A stretch of 64,000 nt of DNA from Opitutia bacterium Tous-C4FEB (GCA_002304445.1 NEVA01000008.1:53657-117656), one strand, 5' to 3'. Positions 1 through 9,639 are shown, counted from the first letter of the stretch. The notes: a model not told the origin generated them from the sequence alone. Translations and numbers: made by a program.

Positions 1-262
1 CCGCCTCATAGTGTCCCTCCGGAATTTCGCCCCCATTCTTCAACAGGTCCGACGCAAACAACCGGTTCACAAAGTCCAGCGCCACGATCTCATGCCTCAC
101 CCCCGCCAGCGCCGCCTGCTCCGCCGCAAACGGAATCTCCCGATGATTGTGCTTCGCCCCGTAGTCGAAGCTCACTGCTGCCACCACCACATGCTCCCGC
201 CGCGCCCAATGCAGCGCCACCACCGAATCCATTCCCCCCGAGCAAAGCACGACAACGTTCAT
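1..262 (-). CDS. queC: 7-cyano-7-deazaguanine synthase QueC, N-terminal part (gene runs off the left edge)
   Basis: Reverse translation from ATG at 262 gives MNVVVLCSGGMDSVVALHWARREHVVVAAVSFDYGAKHNHREIPFAAEQAALAG... It has the SGGxDS PP-loop and a typical QueC N-terminus. It is absent from the ORF track because the stop lies outside the window. Confidence 0.8.
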   Translation of the reverse strand, partial: MNVVVLCSGGMDSVVALHWARREHVVVAAVSFDYGAKHNHREIPFAAEQAALAGVRHEIVALDFVNRLFASDLLKNGGEIPEGHYEA

Positions 263-276
263 TCGCCCTACTTGGC

Positions 277-313
277 CACGGATTTTTCGAAAAGTCACAA
301 TTAGAAATCCGTG
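277..313. promoter_or_regulatory. Inverted repeat in the queC / deacetylase divergent intergenic region
   Basis: CACGGATTT (277-285) and AAATCCGTG (305-313) are perfect 9-nt arms. They enclose the nested palindrome TTTTCGAAAA. The repeat lies 15 nt upstream of the queC ATG on the queC strand. Confidence 0.4.
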
Positions 314-377
314 CATTTCCGCCGTTCTCAGGCTTTGGATTCTTGCGCCTCCGGCACCTTTTTGCGGCCCTTTCCCC

Positions 378-1277
378 ATGCTCATCTTTCACGACCCCCT
401 GTGCGCGGCCTACGGCTCCGCCATGCGCCCCGAGCAGCCCGCCCGCGTTACCCGCTCGGTTGCGCACCTCCGCACCGCCCATCCCGATTGGGAATTCCGC
501 ATTCCGGCCCCCGCAACCTCGGTTGCCGACGCGACCTTGCTGCTCGCTCATACCCCCGCCCACCTGCGCCGCCTCGACGAAACCCGCGACTTTGACGCTG
601 ACACGCCTTTCTTTGACGACATCGCCGCCCACGCTCGCCGCGCCGTGTCCGCCGCTCTCGCCGCCGCCGCCCACGCGCTCACCCGGCGCACGCCCGCTTT
701 CGCCCTCATGCGTCCACCCGGTCATCACGCCACCGCCGCCACTGCCATGGGCTTCTGCTATCTCAACTCCATCGCCATCGCCGCCCTTCACTCACACCAC
801 CGGCTCGGTGCTCGCCGCGTCGCCGTTTGGGATTTCGACGCCCACCACGGTAACGGCACCGAAGCCATCCTCCACGCCCACGCCGACACCCCAACGTTCT
901 TCTTCGCGTCAGTCCACCAGCACCCTTGCTACCCCGGCACCGGAATCACCGATCTCGGGCCCCGCACCCGCAACTGGCCTATCGCCCCCCGCACTCCAAG
1001 GCCCCAACATCTCGCCGTGCTTCGCGCTTCGCTCGATGCCGTTATCGCCTTTCAACCCGACCTGATTCTCGTCTCTGCCGGCTTCGACGCCTACGTCCGC
1101 GACCCCATCACCGCCATGACCCTCGAAGCCGACGACTTCGCTACCCTCGGCACATGGCTCGCCGAAACTCGCGCCCACCACGCCATTCCGTCGGCCGCGA
1201 TTCTCGAAGGCGGCTACAGCTCTGATCTGCCTCAACTCATCGATTCGTTCCTCACCGCTTGGTCCGCTCCGGCCTGA
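378..1277 (+). CDS. Histone deacetylase-family protein (acetoin utilisation / acetylpolyamine amidohydrolase-like)
   Basis: 299-aa ORF with the deacetylase-fold motifs RPPGHHA, WDFDAHHGNGT, SAGFDAY and LEGGYS. Confidence 0.8.
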   Translation: MLIFHDPLCAAYGSAMRPEQPARVTRSVAHLRTAHPDWEFRIPAPATSVADATLLLAHTPAHLRRLDETRDFDADTPFFDDIAAHARRAVSAALAAAAHALTRRTPAFALMRPPGHHATAATAMGFCYLNSIAIAALHSHHRLGARRVAVWDFDAHHGNGTEAILHAHADTPTFFFASVHQHPCYPGTGITDLGPRTRNWPIAPRTPRPQHLAVLRASLDAVIAFQPDLILVSAGFDAYVRDPITAMTLEADDFATLGTWLAETRAHHAIPSAAILEGGYSSDLPQLIDSFLTAWSAPA

Positions 1278-1382
1278 TCTTCCCGTTCCCCTCACCGACT
1301 TCACCCCGCTAATTTTTGCCCCAACTCCATTTTCCGCACTCGCCCTTCGCCGAACCGCCGCCCACGCTCTTCGCCTGTCGAG

Positions 1383-2606
1383 ATGATTTCACGTTTACTG
1401 TCTCCTTCCGTTCGCCGCTTTTTCGGCGTCAAGCCCCCCGCCACCACGGCCCCCCCCGCGTCCCGTCCCACTTCGCGTCATCCCGCGCGTCCGACTCACT
1501 ACAAGCTGCTCGACCGCCCCGGCTCCCTCGCTCCGCTCTTGGCCGCCCTCAACCGCGTCGACGAGGTCTTCCTCGATACCGAGGCGGACAACATGTTTCA
1601 CTACAAGGTCCGGCTTTGCCTGCTCCAATTCTATGTCGACGGCGAAGTCTACCTCGTTGACGCCCTCGCTCCCGAACTCGACCTCACGCCTCTCTGGGAT
1701 CGACTCGCCCAGGTCCACCTCGTGATGCACGGCAGCGATTTCGATCTGCGCCTGTTGCATGACCGCTGCGGCTTCCGCGCCAAGAGCATCTTCGACACCA
1801 TGCTCGCCGCACAACTGCTCGGCCGCCAACGCATCGGTCTCGCCGCCCTCCTCGAAGAACACTTCGGCATCACCGCCGACAAATCCGGTCAAAAGGCCAA
1901 CTGGTCCCGCCGACCCATCGTCCCGAAGCTGCTCGACTACGCTGCCCTCGACGTCTGGCACCTCCCCGGCCTACGCGACATCCTTACCCGCGGACTTGCC
2001 GACCTCGACCGGCTCGAATGGCTCGACCAACAATGCCGCGCCCAAATCCAAGCCGGCACCGAGGGCTTCGCCCCCGCCACCGAGCACGATTGGCGCATCG
2101 GCCGCAGTGAACGCCTCCGCGGCCTCGGCCAACCCGTGCTCCACGCCATCTGGCACTGGCGTGAAACCACGGCCGAACAGATCGACACTCCGCCGTTTAA
2201 AGTCTGCAACAACGACCTCCTGCTCGACATCGCCTACGCCGCCGAAGACGGCCAGACGGCGGAGGCCATTTTAACCCAAGTGGATCTCGGCAAACGCCAC
2301 GACCGGCTCATGCCCTCTCTCACCGCCGCTCTCCGCCGCGGCTTCGAGACCGATCCCTCCACGCTGCCTCGCCGGCCCGGCCGCGACGCGGGTCGCCGCT
2401 CACTCAACCAGTCCGAACTTGCCCGCCTCGACCGCATCAAGGAGGACCGCGACCGCATCGCCACCCAGCTTTCTATCGAAGCAACCTTGATTGCGAACCG
2501 CGCCCAACTTTCCCACCTTGCCCAAGTCCCTTCCGACCTCGATGACGTTCTGCTCCCTTGGCAAGCCTCCCTCCTTCGATCTATCCCCTCCCTTAAATCC
2601 CCCTGA
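1383..2606 (+). CDS. rnd: Ribonuclease D (DEDD 3'-5' exonuclease with HRDC-like C-terminus)
   Basis: Motifs LDTEAD, MHGSDFDL and YAALDVWHL (ExoI-III), plus a KANWSRRP segment. The length of 407 aa fits. Confidence 0.8.
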   Translation: MISRLLSPSVRRFFGVKPPATTAPPASRPTSRHPARPTHYKLLDRPGSLAPLLAALNRVDEVFLDTEADNMFHYKVRLCLLQFYVDGEVYLVDALAPELDLTPLWDRLAQVHLVMHGSDFDLRLLHDRCGFRAKSIFDTMLAAQLLGRQRIGLAALLEEHFGITADKSGQKANWSRRPIVPKLLDYAALDVWHLPGLRDILTRGLADLDRLEWLDQQCRAQIQAGTEGFAPATEHDWRIGRSERLRGLGQPVLHAIWHWRETTAEQIDTPPFKVCNNDLLLDIAYAAEDGQTAEAILTQVDLGKRHDRLMPSLTAALRRGFETDPSTLPRRPGRDAGRRSLNQSELARLDRIKEDRDRIATQLSIEATLIANRAQLSHLAQVPSDLDDVLLPWQASLLRSIPSLKSP

Positions 2607-2614
2607 TCTTCGCT

Positions 2615-2875
2615 ATGAAATCATCGCTCCGCCCCGCTCTGGTTCTGCTCACATTCACGGTGCTGTTTAGCGCCGGTTGCGCCACCCGCACCACGCCGTC
2701 CGGCGGCAAAGAAACCTCGCTCCTCGGCGGGGCCCTCACCGTCGCCACCAATTCTTTCCAGCCCTCCGCCGCCACCACCGTAGCGGTCGACACCACCAAA
2801 CTCGTCGGCCAAGGTAACCCCTCCGGCGCCAAGACCACGCTCCTTTGGGGCCTCATCACCCTCCAAGATTATTGA
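2615..2875 (+). CDS. Small lipoprotein, function unknown
   Basis: N-terminus MKSSLRPALVLLTFTVLFSAGC contains a lipobox (SAGC). The gene is followed directly by a stem-loop terminator. Confidence 0.5.
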   Translation: MKSSLRPALVLLTFTVLFSAGCATRTTPSGGKETSLLGGALTVATNSFQPSAATTVAVDTTKLVGQGNPSGAKTTLLWGLITLQDY

Positions 2876-2878
2876 GGT

Positions 2879-2908
2879 AAAGCCCGATGTCCCCATCGGG
2901 CTTTTGTT
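2879..2908 (+). terminator. Rho-independent terminator
   Basis: AAAGCCCGAT (2879-2888) / loop gtcccc / ATCGGGCTTT (2895-2904), followed by a T-rich tail. It lies 4 nt after the lipoprotein stop. Confidence 0.7.
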
Positions 2909-2953
2909 CCACCCCCGACACTCATCCAACCCCGCCACCCGCGGGGTTTTTCT

Positions 2954-4657
2954 TTGCCCCGCCGCGTCCAACCGCAAACCTGCCGCCCCGTGACCGCTCT
3001 CGCCGAGAACAACGCCAACATCGCCCGCCACCTCGCGCTCATGGCCGCCGCGTCACCCGCCACCGCTGCCCTAAAGATTCCCCGCGGCCGCACCACGGCC
3101 GGCGATATCGACTACCTCACGCTCACCTTCTCCGAACTCGCCGCCGAAGTCGCCGCTTGGCAACTCCGCCTCACCACCGCCGGCGTGCAATCCGGCGACC
3201 GCACACTCCTGATGGTCCGCCAAGGCCTGCCGCTCATTGCCTCCGCCTTCGCCCTCTTCTCCCTCGGTGCCGTACCGATCGTGATCGACCCCGGCATGGG
3301 CCTCAAAAATTTCCTCGCCTGCGTCACCCGCTCCCGCCCCACCGCCCTCGTGGGCATTCCCCTCGCACGCATCCTCAGCCGCCTCTTCCGCCGCACATTT
3401 TCTTCCGTCAAGCACCGCATTCCCGCCGACAGCTCTCTCACCGCCCGCCTCACCCGCGCCAACCTCCAAAACCCGAAACCCTTGGTCGTCGCCAACCGCC
3501 AGGACTCGGATCTCGCCGCCGTATTGTTCACCAGCGGCTCCACCGGTACACCGAAAGGGGTCTGCTACGAGCACGGTCACTTCGACGCTCAGGTCCGCCT
3601 CATCCGCGCCACTTACTCGATCCAACCCGGGGAAATTGACCTGCCGCTTCTCCCGATCTTTGCCCTCTTCAATCCCGCCCTCGGGATGACCACCATCGTC
3701 CCCGAAATCGATCCCCGCCGACCCGCGGCCCTTAATCCCGCCCACCTCGTTCAGGCCATCCGCCAAGAGAACGTCACCAACTCCTTCGGCTCACCCACGC
3801 TCTGGCAAAAAATCGGCGCTCACTGCGTCGCCGAGAACATCACCCTGCCGACCATTCGCCGCATCCTCTGTGCCGGTGCCCCCGTCCCTGCCTCGCTCTG
3901 GTCCACGTCCCGCTCCTTTCTGCCCAACGGCCAACTCCACAGCCCCTACGGAGCCACCGAATCGCTTCCTCTCTCCACCATTTCCTCGGCCGAAATTGCT
4001 GACCAATCATGTGAAAAACGTCCGCCACGCCCCGGCGCCTGCGTCGGTCGCCCGGTCGCCGAGATCACCATCAAGATCATCGCCCACACCGATACTCCGC
4101 TCGCCGACCTGACCTCCGCCCGCGAACTCCCTGCCGGAGAAATCGGCGAAATCATCGCCACCGGTCCCGTCGTGACAAAATCCTACGACGCCTTGCCCGA
4201 ATCGACCGCGCTCGCAAAAATCTCCTCGCCCGGCGGCATTTATCACCGTCTCGGCGACTGCGGTTACTTCGACGACGACGGTCGACTCTGGTTTTGCGGC
4301 CGAAAAATCGAACGCGTCACGACCGCCCAAGGTCTCCTTTACACCGAACCCTGCGAGCAGATTTTCCGCGCCCATCCCCGCGCCGCCCGCTGCGCCCTGA
4401 TCGGTCTCGGCCACGCGCCCGACCAACTCCCTGCGATCGTGGTTGAAACCTCCGTGCTCGATTCGACCGAAGGCCATGCCCTCGCCCGTGAACTGCGCGA
4501 ACTCGCCCTGACCTCGCCCTCCACCGCCGCCATCAAACGCTTTTATTTCCACCCCAAGTTCCCCGTCGACGTCCGCCACAACGCCAAAATCCACCGCCTC
4601 ACACTGACGTCCTGGGCTCGCACCGCCAAAGGCTACCCGAGCGACCCCAACCGGTAG
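2954..4657 (+). CDS. AMP-dependent synthetase/ligase, OleC-like (olefin beta-lactone synthetase family candidate)
   Basis: Adenylation motif FTSGSTGTPKGV, YGATE, and a C-terminal FPVDVRHNAKIHR segment that I associate with OleC-type ligases. The start is uncertain: TTG 2954 or GTG 2990. Confidence 0.6.
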   Translation: MPRRVQPQTCRPVTALAENNANIARHLALMAAASPATAALKIPRGRTTAGDIDYLTLTFSELAAEVAAWQLRLTTAGVQSGDRTLLMVRQGLPLIASAFALFSLGAVPIVIDPGMGLKNFLACVTRSRPTALVGIPLARILSRLFRRTFSSVKHRIPADSSLTARLTRANLQNPKPLVVANRQDSDLAAVLFTSGSTGTPKGVCYEHGHFDAQVRLIRATYSIQPGEIDLPLLPIFALFNPALGMTTIVPEIDPRRPAALNPAHLVQAIRQENVTNSFGSPTLWQKIGAHCVAENITLPTIRRILCAGAPVPASLWSTSRSFLPNGQLHSPYGATESLPLSTISSAEIADQSCEKRPPRPGACVGRPVAEITIKIIAHTDTPLADLTSARELPAGEIGEIIATGPVVTKSYDALPESTALAKISSPGGIYHRLGDCGYFDDDGRLWFCGRKIERVTTAQGLLYTEPCEQIFRAHPRAARCALIGLGHAPDQLPAIVVETSVLDSTEGHALARELRELALTSPSTAAIKRFYFHPKFPVDVRHNAKIHRLTLTSWARTAKGYPSDPNR

Positions 4658-4705
4658 CGCCCAGTTTTTTAGACACGCAGTCCCTTCTGGTTTTTTATCC
4701 GTTCC

Positions 4706-5764
4706 GTGTGTTCCGTATCGTTCGTGGGCCAATCCTTTTCCACTCTTGTCACCGGCGGCACCGGCTTCCTCGGCCGCCATCTCGTCGAGCGCCTGCTCGC
4801 TGCCGGCCGCTCCGTCACCATCCTCGGCCGCACCCCCGCACCCGACCTCGAAAAACGCGGCGTCCGTTTCATCCGCGCGTCCCTCGATGACGCCACCGCC
4901 GTCGCCGCCGCCTGCACCGGCATCGATACCATTTTTCACGTTGCCGCTAAAGTCGGCGTCTGGGGCTCCTACCACGACTTCTTCAAGACCAACGTTCTCG
5001 GCACCCGCGCGCTGCTCGACGGTGCCCGCACCCACGGCGTCCGCCGCTTTATCCACACCAGCACTCCGAGCGTGGTCTACAACGGCCAAGCCCTCGCCGA
5101 TGCCGATGAATCCCTGCCTCTCACCACCGATTGCCCCAGCCCTTATCCTCTCACCAAAGCCATCGCCGAACGCGAAGTCCTCGCCGCCAATTCTCCCACC
5201 CTGCGCACCGTCGCCCTTCGACCGCATCTTATCTGGGGTGTCGGTGACCCGCACCTCGTTCCCCGCGTGCTCGCCCGCGCCCGCGCCGGCCGTTTGCGCA
5301 TCGTCGGCGACGGCCAAAATAAAGTGGACATGGTCCACGTCGAGAACGCCACCGACGCCCACCTCCTCGCCGAGCGTGCTCTCATCGCGCACCCTCCGGA
5401 CCCGTTTCACCCAAAAGATGCCTCTCATCCCGTGGCCGGCCGGGCGTATTTTATCACCAACGGCGAGCCCGTGCTCCTTTGGGATTGGATCAACGCCCTC
5501 CTCACCGCCCTCGGTGAACCACCGATCACCCGACGCCTCTCCCTCCGCTCCGCCTCCACTATCGGGGCCGTGTGCGAGACCCTCTGGCACACCCTCCCGC
5601 TCAGCGGCGAGCCCCCGATGACGCGCTTCATCGCCGCTGAGCTCGCCAAAGACCATTGGTTCAATCTCGACGCCGCCCGGCGCGATCTCGGCTACGTTCC
5701 CCGCATCTCGATGGCCGCCGGCACCGCCGCTCTCGTCACTTCCCTCCGCGCCTCCCGCCCATGA
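4706..5764 (+). CDS. NAD(P)-dependent 3-beta-hydroxysteroid dehydrogenase/epimerase family reductase, OleD-like
   Basis: Rossmann motif VTGGTGFLG and YxxxK (SPYPLTKAIAE). It lies immediately downstream of the OleC-like gene. Start is GTG 4706 or GTG 4724. Confidence 0.6.
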   Translation: MCSVSFVGQSFSTLVTGGTGFLGRHLVERLLAAGRSVTILGRTPAPDLEKRGVRFIRASLDDATAVAAACTGIDTIFHVAAKVGVWGSYHDFFKTNVLGTRALLDGARTHGVRRFIHTSTPSVVYNGQALADADESLPLTTDCPSPYPLTKAIAEREVLAANSPTLRTVALRPHLIWGVGDPHLVPRVLARARAGRLRIVGDGQNKVDMVHVENATDAHLLAERALIAHPPDPFHPKDASHPVAGRAYFITNGEPVLLWDWINALLTALGEPPITRRLSLRSASTIGAVCETLWHTLPLSGEPPMTRFIAAELAKDHWFNLDAARRDLGYVPRISMAAGTAALVTSLRASRP

Positions 5765-6282
5765 CCACCGCCCGTCAGATTCTCCCGCCCGCGCTCGCGA
5801 TGTCAGCCATCGTGCTCGTTTCCAACCTCCTCGTGCAATTCCCCATCAACCCATGGCTCACGTGGGGCGCGTTTTCTTATCCTGTCGCCTATTTTGTGAC
5901 CGATGTGTGCAACCGCACATCCGGTCCTTCCGTTGCCCGCCGCGTGGCTTGGGTCGGCTTCGCCGTCGGCCTCATTCTTTCCGCCATCTTCGCGCCGCTC
6001 CGCATCGCGCTCGCTTCCGGCACCGCCTTCATCGTCTCCCAACTGTTGGACGTCTCCATCTTCAACCGCCTCCGCCAAAAAACCTGGTGGCAAGCTCCGC
6101 TCTTCGGTTCCGCGGCCGCTTCCATCGTGGATACCTCCCTTTTCTTCGGCATCGCTTTTGCCGGTTCGGCCATCGCCTGGCTCCCGCTCGCCGCCGGCGA
6201 TCTTGGCGTGAAACTCTTTTTGGCACTCGCCCTTTTGCCGCCCTACCGGCTGCTCGTTACCCGGCTCGCCGGCCGAAATTAG
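5761..6282 (+). CDS. yhhQ: Queuosine-precursor transporter (VUT/YhhQ family, DUF165)
   Basis: ATG 5761 overlaps the upstream stop (ATGA). Polytopic protein: ...LVQFPINPWLTWGAFSYPVAYFVTDV...SQLLDVSIFNRLR...SIVDTSLFF... is typical of YhhQ. The track ORF from 5656 carries an Arg-rich spurious extension. Confidence 0.7.
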   Translation: MTTARQILPPALAMSAIVLVSNLLVQFPINPWLTWGAFSYPVAYFVTDVCNRTSGPSVARRVAWVGFAVGLILSAIFAPLRIALASGTAFIVSQLLDVSIFNRLRQKTWWQAPLFGSAAASIVDTSLFFGIAFAGSAIAWLPLAAGDLGVKLFLALALLPPYRLLVTRLAGRN

Positions 6283-7507
6283 TCATCAGCTCGGCGTAGA
6301 TTTTAGCACTGGCGATCAATTCCTTCACCTTCGCCCGCTCATCCACGCCATGGTAATCCACGCCGCCCGGGCCGTAGCCGAGCGTCGGAATCTTCAACTC
6401 CGAGGCGAAGAAGTGCATGTCATTAAAACCGGTCGAAACATTAAACTTGGCCGGCGCGCGCCTCACCCGCGCCACCGTCTCCGCCATCGCCGCAAAAAAC
6501 GGATGCTCCGGCGGCGTGAAGCAGGCGAAATTCTCCGATATCTTCAGCATCGATATCCGACACTCCGGAATCTTTTTCGCCGCCGCCGCCAGCGCCGCTC
6601 TTAACTCCCTCTCCGCCGCCGCGTGGTCTTCGATCGCGAGCACCCGCCGATCGATCGTAAACGTCGCCGTTGCCGGCACCGTGTTGATCTTGGCGCCCTC
6701 GCCGCAGCCAAAAACTCCCCCCACGTTGATCGTCGGCACCATGATCTTGCCCTCGGGGGTCTTGAATTTCCGCCGCGCGAGTTCCCGTTTGTGTCCCTCC
6801 AATCCGAGCACCAACGCCGCCATTTTCTCGAGCGCATTGATCCCGCGCTCCGGCATCGAACCGTGCGCCGGCTTGCCGTGCACCGTTACTTCGAGCCACA
6901 CCACGCCGTTGTGCCCGCAACACACGGTCGGGCCTTCGCCCCCTTCCATCACCACCGCGTAGTCCGGCTTGATCGGCGCGTGCCGCACCAACCAACCCGT
7001 GCCCAGCGCTGAATCGGTCTCTTCATCGGCGGTGAACGACACTTCGACGTTCAGTTGCGGCGTCGTGCCTGTCGCCTGCATCGCCTCCAGCGCCATCAAC
7101 AGGCTCGCAATCGAGCCCTTCATGTCCGCCGTGCCACGGCCATACATCCAGCCGTTTTCCACCGCGCCGCTAAACGCACTGCCGTGCTTCCACTTTCCCG
7201 AAACGGGCACCACATCATAGTGTGCATTGAAATGCAGCGACTGCTTCGCTCCGCGCACCGCAAGTTTTCCCAACACGTTAAAGCGCGGAAACGCGTGTTG
7301 CACCGCCGGCAACGAGCGCTTGAGCAAAGCGGTCGGAATCGGAAACCGCTGCGCCTTGAGCCCCAACTCCGCCAGCTCACGGGTCAGTCCGGCCGTGATC
7401 AGATCGTAATTCTCCCCCGGCGGGTTGACCGTCGAAATCCCGATCAGTTTCCGCAGTCGGCGGAGCAACCCGGCGGTATTGCGATCGATGTAGGCGGCGG
7501 GCGTCAT
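6257..7507 (-). CDS. M20 family metallopeptidase (ArgE/DapE/ACY1-type deacylase)
   Basis: 416-aa ORF with HFNAHYDVVP, GRGTADMKG, ADEETDS and HGKPAHGS motifs. Confidence 0.75.
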   Translation of the reverse strand: MTPAAYIDRNTAGLLRRLRKLIGISTVNPPGENYDLITAGLTRELAELGLKAQRFPIPTALLKRSLPAVQHAFPRFNVLGKLAVRGAKQSLHFNAHYDVVPVSGKWKHGSAFSGAVENGWMYGRGTADMKGSIASLLMALEAMQATGTTPQLNVEVSFTADEETDSALGTGWLVRHAPIKPDYAVVMEGGEGPTVCCGHNGVVWLEVTVHGKPAHGSMPERGINALEKMAALVLGLEGHKRELARRKFKTPEGKIMVPTINVGGVFGCGEGAKINTVPATATFTIDRRVLAIEDHAAAERELRAALAAAAKKIPECRISMLKISENFACFTPPEHPFFAAMAETVARVRRAPAKFNVSTGFNDMHFFASELKIPTLGYGPGGVDYHGVDERAKVKELIASAKIYAELMTNFGRRAG

Positions 7508-7520
7508 GGCAAAAAGAGAC

Positions 7521-8288
7521 TTACCGCGGCCGCATCAGCTCGATGTAAGCAAGACGACCAATGGTAAGCGTCACTATCGTCAGAAATACCGGTCGGATGA
7601 AGCGAGTGCCTTTTTTCACCACCCATCCCGCGCCCACCCGGGCTCCCAACAACTGGCCTACCGCCATCACCCCGCCCGCTAACCAGTGAATCTGCCCGCC
7701 AGCCGCAAAGACGAGCACCGCCGTCAGATTGCTCGCCGCGTTCATGACTTTGGTCTGACCCGTCGCCGCCAAAAAATCCTGTCCCAGCAACCCCACCAGC
7801 GCGATGGTCCAAAACGATCCCGTGCCCGGTCCGAACACGCCGTCATAAAAACCCAAGCCCAGACCCGCTACGCCCCAAAATAGATTCGGCGCCAACCGTG
7901 GCCTTCGTTTCTCGCGGCCCAATTCCGGTTTGAAAATCGTATAAACAAGAATCGCCGCCAACAGCCATGGAATCATCACTCCGAGCCGACTCGCATCGAT
8001 TCGTTGCACCGTCCACGCCCCGATCAGCGCTCCGATCAACGTCCAGACGACGCCTTGACGGCAACTGCGCCAGTCAATCACGCCGTTTTTTGCGTAATGC
8101 GCCGCCGCCGCCGCGCTGCCAAAGAACGCCTGAAGTTTGTTGGTCCCCAACGCAAGCGGCACCGGAAAACCGGCCGTCAGGAGCGCAGGCAAAGCAATCA
8201 ACCCACCTCCTCCGGCGATGGCATCCACCAAACCCGCCACCAGGGCGGCAAGAAACAGCAACAAATACACCCACGCTTCCAACTCCAT
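7521..8288 (-). CDS. TauE/SafE (TSUP) family anion exporter
   Basis: 255-aa polytopic membrane protein with repeated G-rich helices (GGGGLIALPALL..., GPGTGSFW...). Confidence 0.7.
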   Translation of the reverse strand: MELEAWVYLLLFLAALVAGLVDAIAGGGGLIALPALLTAGFPVPLALGTNKLQAFFGSAAAAAHYAKNGVIDWRSCRQGVVWTLIGALIGAWTVQRIDASRLGVMIPWLLAAILVYTIFKPELGREKRRPRLAPNLFWGVAGLGLGFYDGVFGPGTGSFWTIALVGLLGQDFLAATGQTKVMNAASNLTAVLVFAAGGQIHWLAGGVMAVGQLLGARVGAGWVVKKGTRFIRPVFLTIVTLTIGRLAYIELMRPR

Positions 8289-8422
8289 GACCTCAAGCTC
8301 CGCTAGTTTTTCCCAAAACGAAAGCTCCGAGCACGCCGAGACCTGACGCCGCAGTAAATTGCCTTACTTTTCCGCGATGATTTTTGACAGGCCTCGCCCA
8401 GCCGAGCAGAACGACGCTCAAC

Positions 8423-9061
8423 ATGAGTTTGGCCGATCTCCGCAAAGACTACACCCTCGCCGGTCTCGCCGAAAAAGACCTCGCGCGCGATCCGTTCCGC
8501 CAATTTGAAAAATGGTTTCAGGAAGCCGAAGCCGCCAAACTTGCCGAGCCCAACGCCATGACGTTGGCCACCGCCTCGCCGGACGGTCGGCCTTCCGCCC
8601 GCACCGTGCTGCTGAAGGGCCTCGATGGGCGGGGCTTTGTTTTCTATTCGAACTACGAAAGCCGCAAAGGCCGCGAGCTCACCCTCAACGCCCGCGTCGC
8701 GCTCGTCTTCCCGTGGATCGCCCTTGAACGCCAAGTCCTCATCGAAGGCACCGTCACCAAAGTCGCCCGCGAAGAAAGCGCGGCCTATTTTCACTCCAGA
8801 CCGCGCGCCAGCCAACTCGGAGCTTGGGTCGCGCAGCAAAGCTCCGTCATCCCGGGTCGCGCCACCCTCGAAGAAGCGATGAAAGCTCTGGAGAAGAAAC
8901 ACGCGGGCGCCGAAATCCCACTTCCGCCCAACTGGGGCGGCTATCGCGTGGCGCCTGAGACCATCGAGTTCTGGCAGGGCCGTCGCAGTCGTCTCCACGA
9001 TCGCCTCCGCTATCGCCGGGACCAAGAAGGGGGCTGGCTCGTCGAGCGCCTCTCTCCCTGA
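8423..9061 (+). CDS. pdxH: Pyridoxamine 5'-phosphate oxidase
   Basis: [35 protein letters not shown]...[19 protein letters not shown]...[10 protein letters not shown]...[14 protein letters not shown]. Trimmed to ATG 8423; the track start at 8384 is TTG. Confidence 0.9.
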   Translation: MSLADLRKDYTLAGLAEKDLARDPFRQFEKWFQEAEAAKLAEPNAMTLATASPDGRPSARTVLLKGLDGRGFVFYSNYESRKGRELTLNARVALVFPWIALERQVLIEGTVTKVAREESAAYFHSRPRASQLGAWVAQQSSVIPGRATLEEAMKALEKKHAGAEIPLPPNWGGYRVAPETIEFWQGRRSRLHDRLRYRRDQEGGWLVERLSP

Positions 9062-9165
9062 TCGCGCTCCCGCTTTCCTCCCCGTTGCAAACCCCACCTC
9101 CAGTTTCGCCACTCAACGTTGCCAGACAACTGCTGGATTCCTGAACCGTTTTTTCTGTTTTCGCG

Positions 9166-9639
9166 ATGCAGCTCTACCTGATTCGTCACGCTCACGCCCT
9201 CGCCGAGGAAATCGATCCGGATCGCCCCCTCAGTCCCAAGGGACGCGCCCAAATCAAAAAGCTCGCCCGCTTCCTTCAGGCCAAATCCGCCTTCGCGCCC
9301 GCCGAGCTCTGGCACAGTCCTCTCGCCCGATCCCGCCAGACCGCCCGATTACTCGCCGGCGCCGTCTGCTCCTCCGCAAAAGTTTCCGAGATTCCCCACC
9401 TCGAACCCGAGGCCAAACCGTCCACCATCGCCGCACGTCTGAAAACGTTCCGGCGCGATCTCGCGATTGTCGGCCATGAACCCCATCTGAGCTCACTCGC
9501 GTCTCTGCTTGTTACTGGAACGGTCCGCGCCGACGTTTTTAAAATCCGTAAATCAGCGGTGCTTTGTCTCGATCGGTCCGGGCCGCAAGCGGCCTTTTGG
9601 CGCGTGCGTTGGTTGCTGGCTCCGGAGCTTTTGGATTAG
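9166..9639 (+). CDS. sixA: Phosphohistidine phosphatase SixA
   Basis: MQLYLIRHAHA... is the histidine-phosphatase RH motif. At 157 aa the size and layout are typical of SixA. Confidence 0.75.
   Translation: MQLYLIRHAHALAEEIDPDRPLSPKGRAQIKKLARFLQAKSAFAPAELWHSPLARSRQTARLLAGAVCSSAKVSEIPHLEPEAKPSTIAARLKTFRRDLAIVGHEPHLSSLASLLVTGTVRADVFKIRKSAVLCLDRSGPQAAFWRVRWLLAPELLD

Noticed and set aside
90-791. Long Gly/Arg/Ala/Pro-rich track ORFs antisense to or out of frame with real genes. Examples are 90-791(-), 343-1065(+), 4007-5656(-), 21543-23018(-), 23046-24584(-), 38472-39914(-), 46660-47622(-), 47811-49154(-) and 60874-61995(-).
   Set aside because: These are typical stop-codon-poor shadow frames of a high-G+C genome. 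They have low-complexity composition and no motifs, and each overlaps a confidently identified gene.
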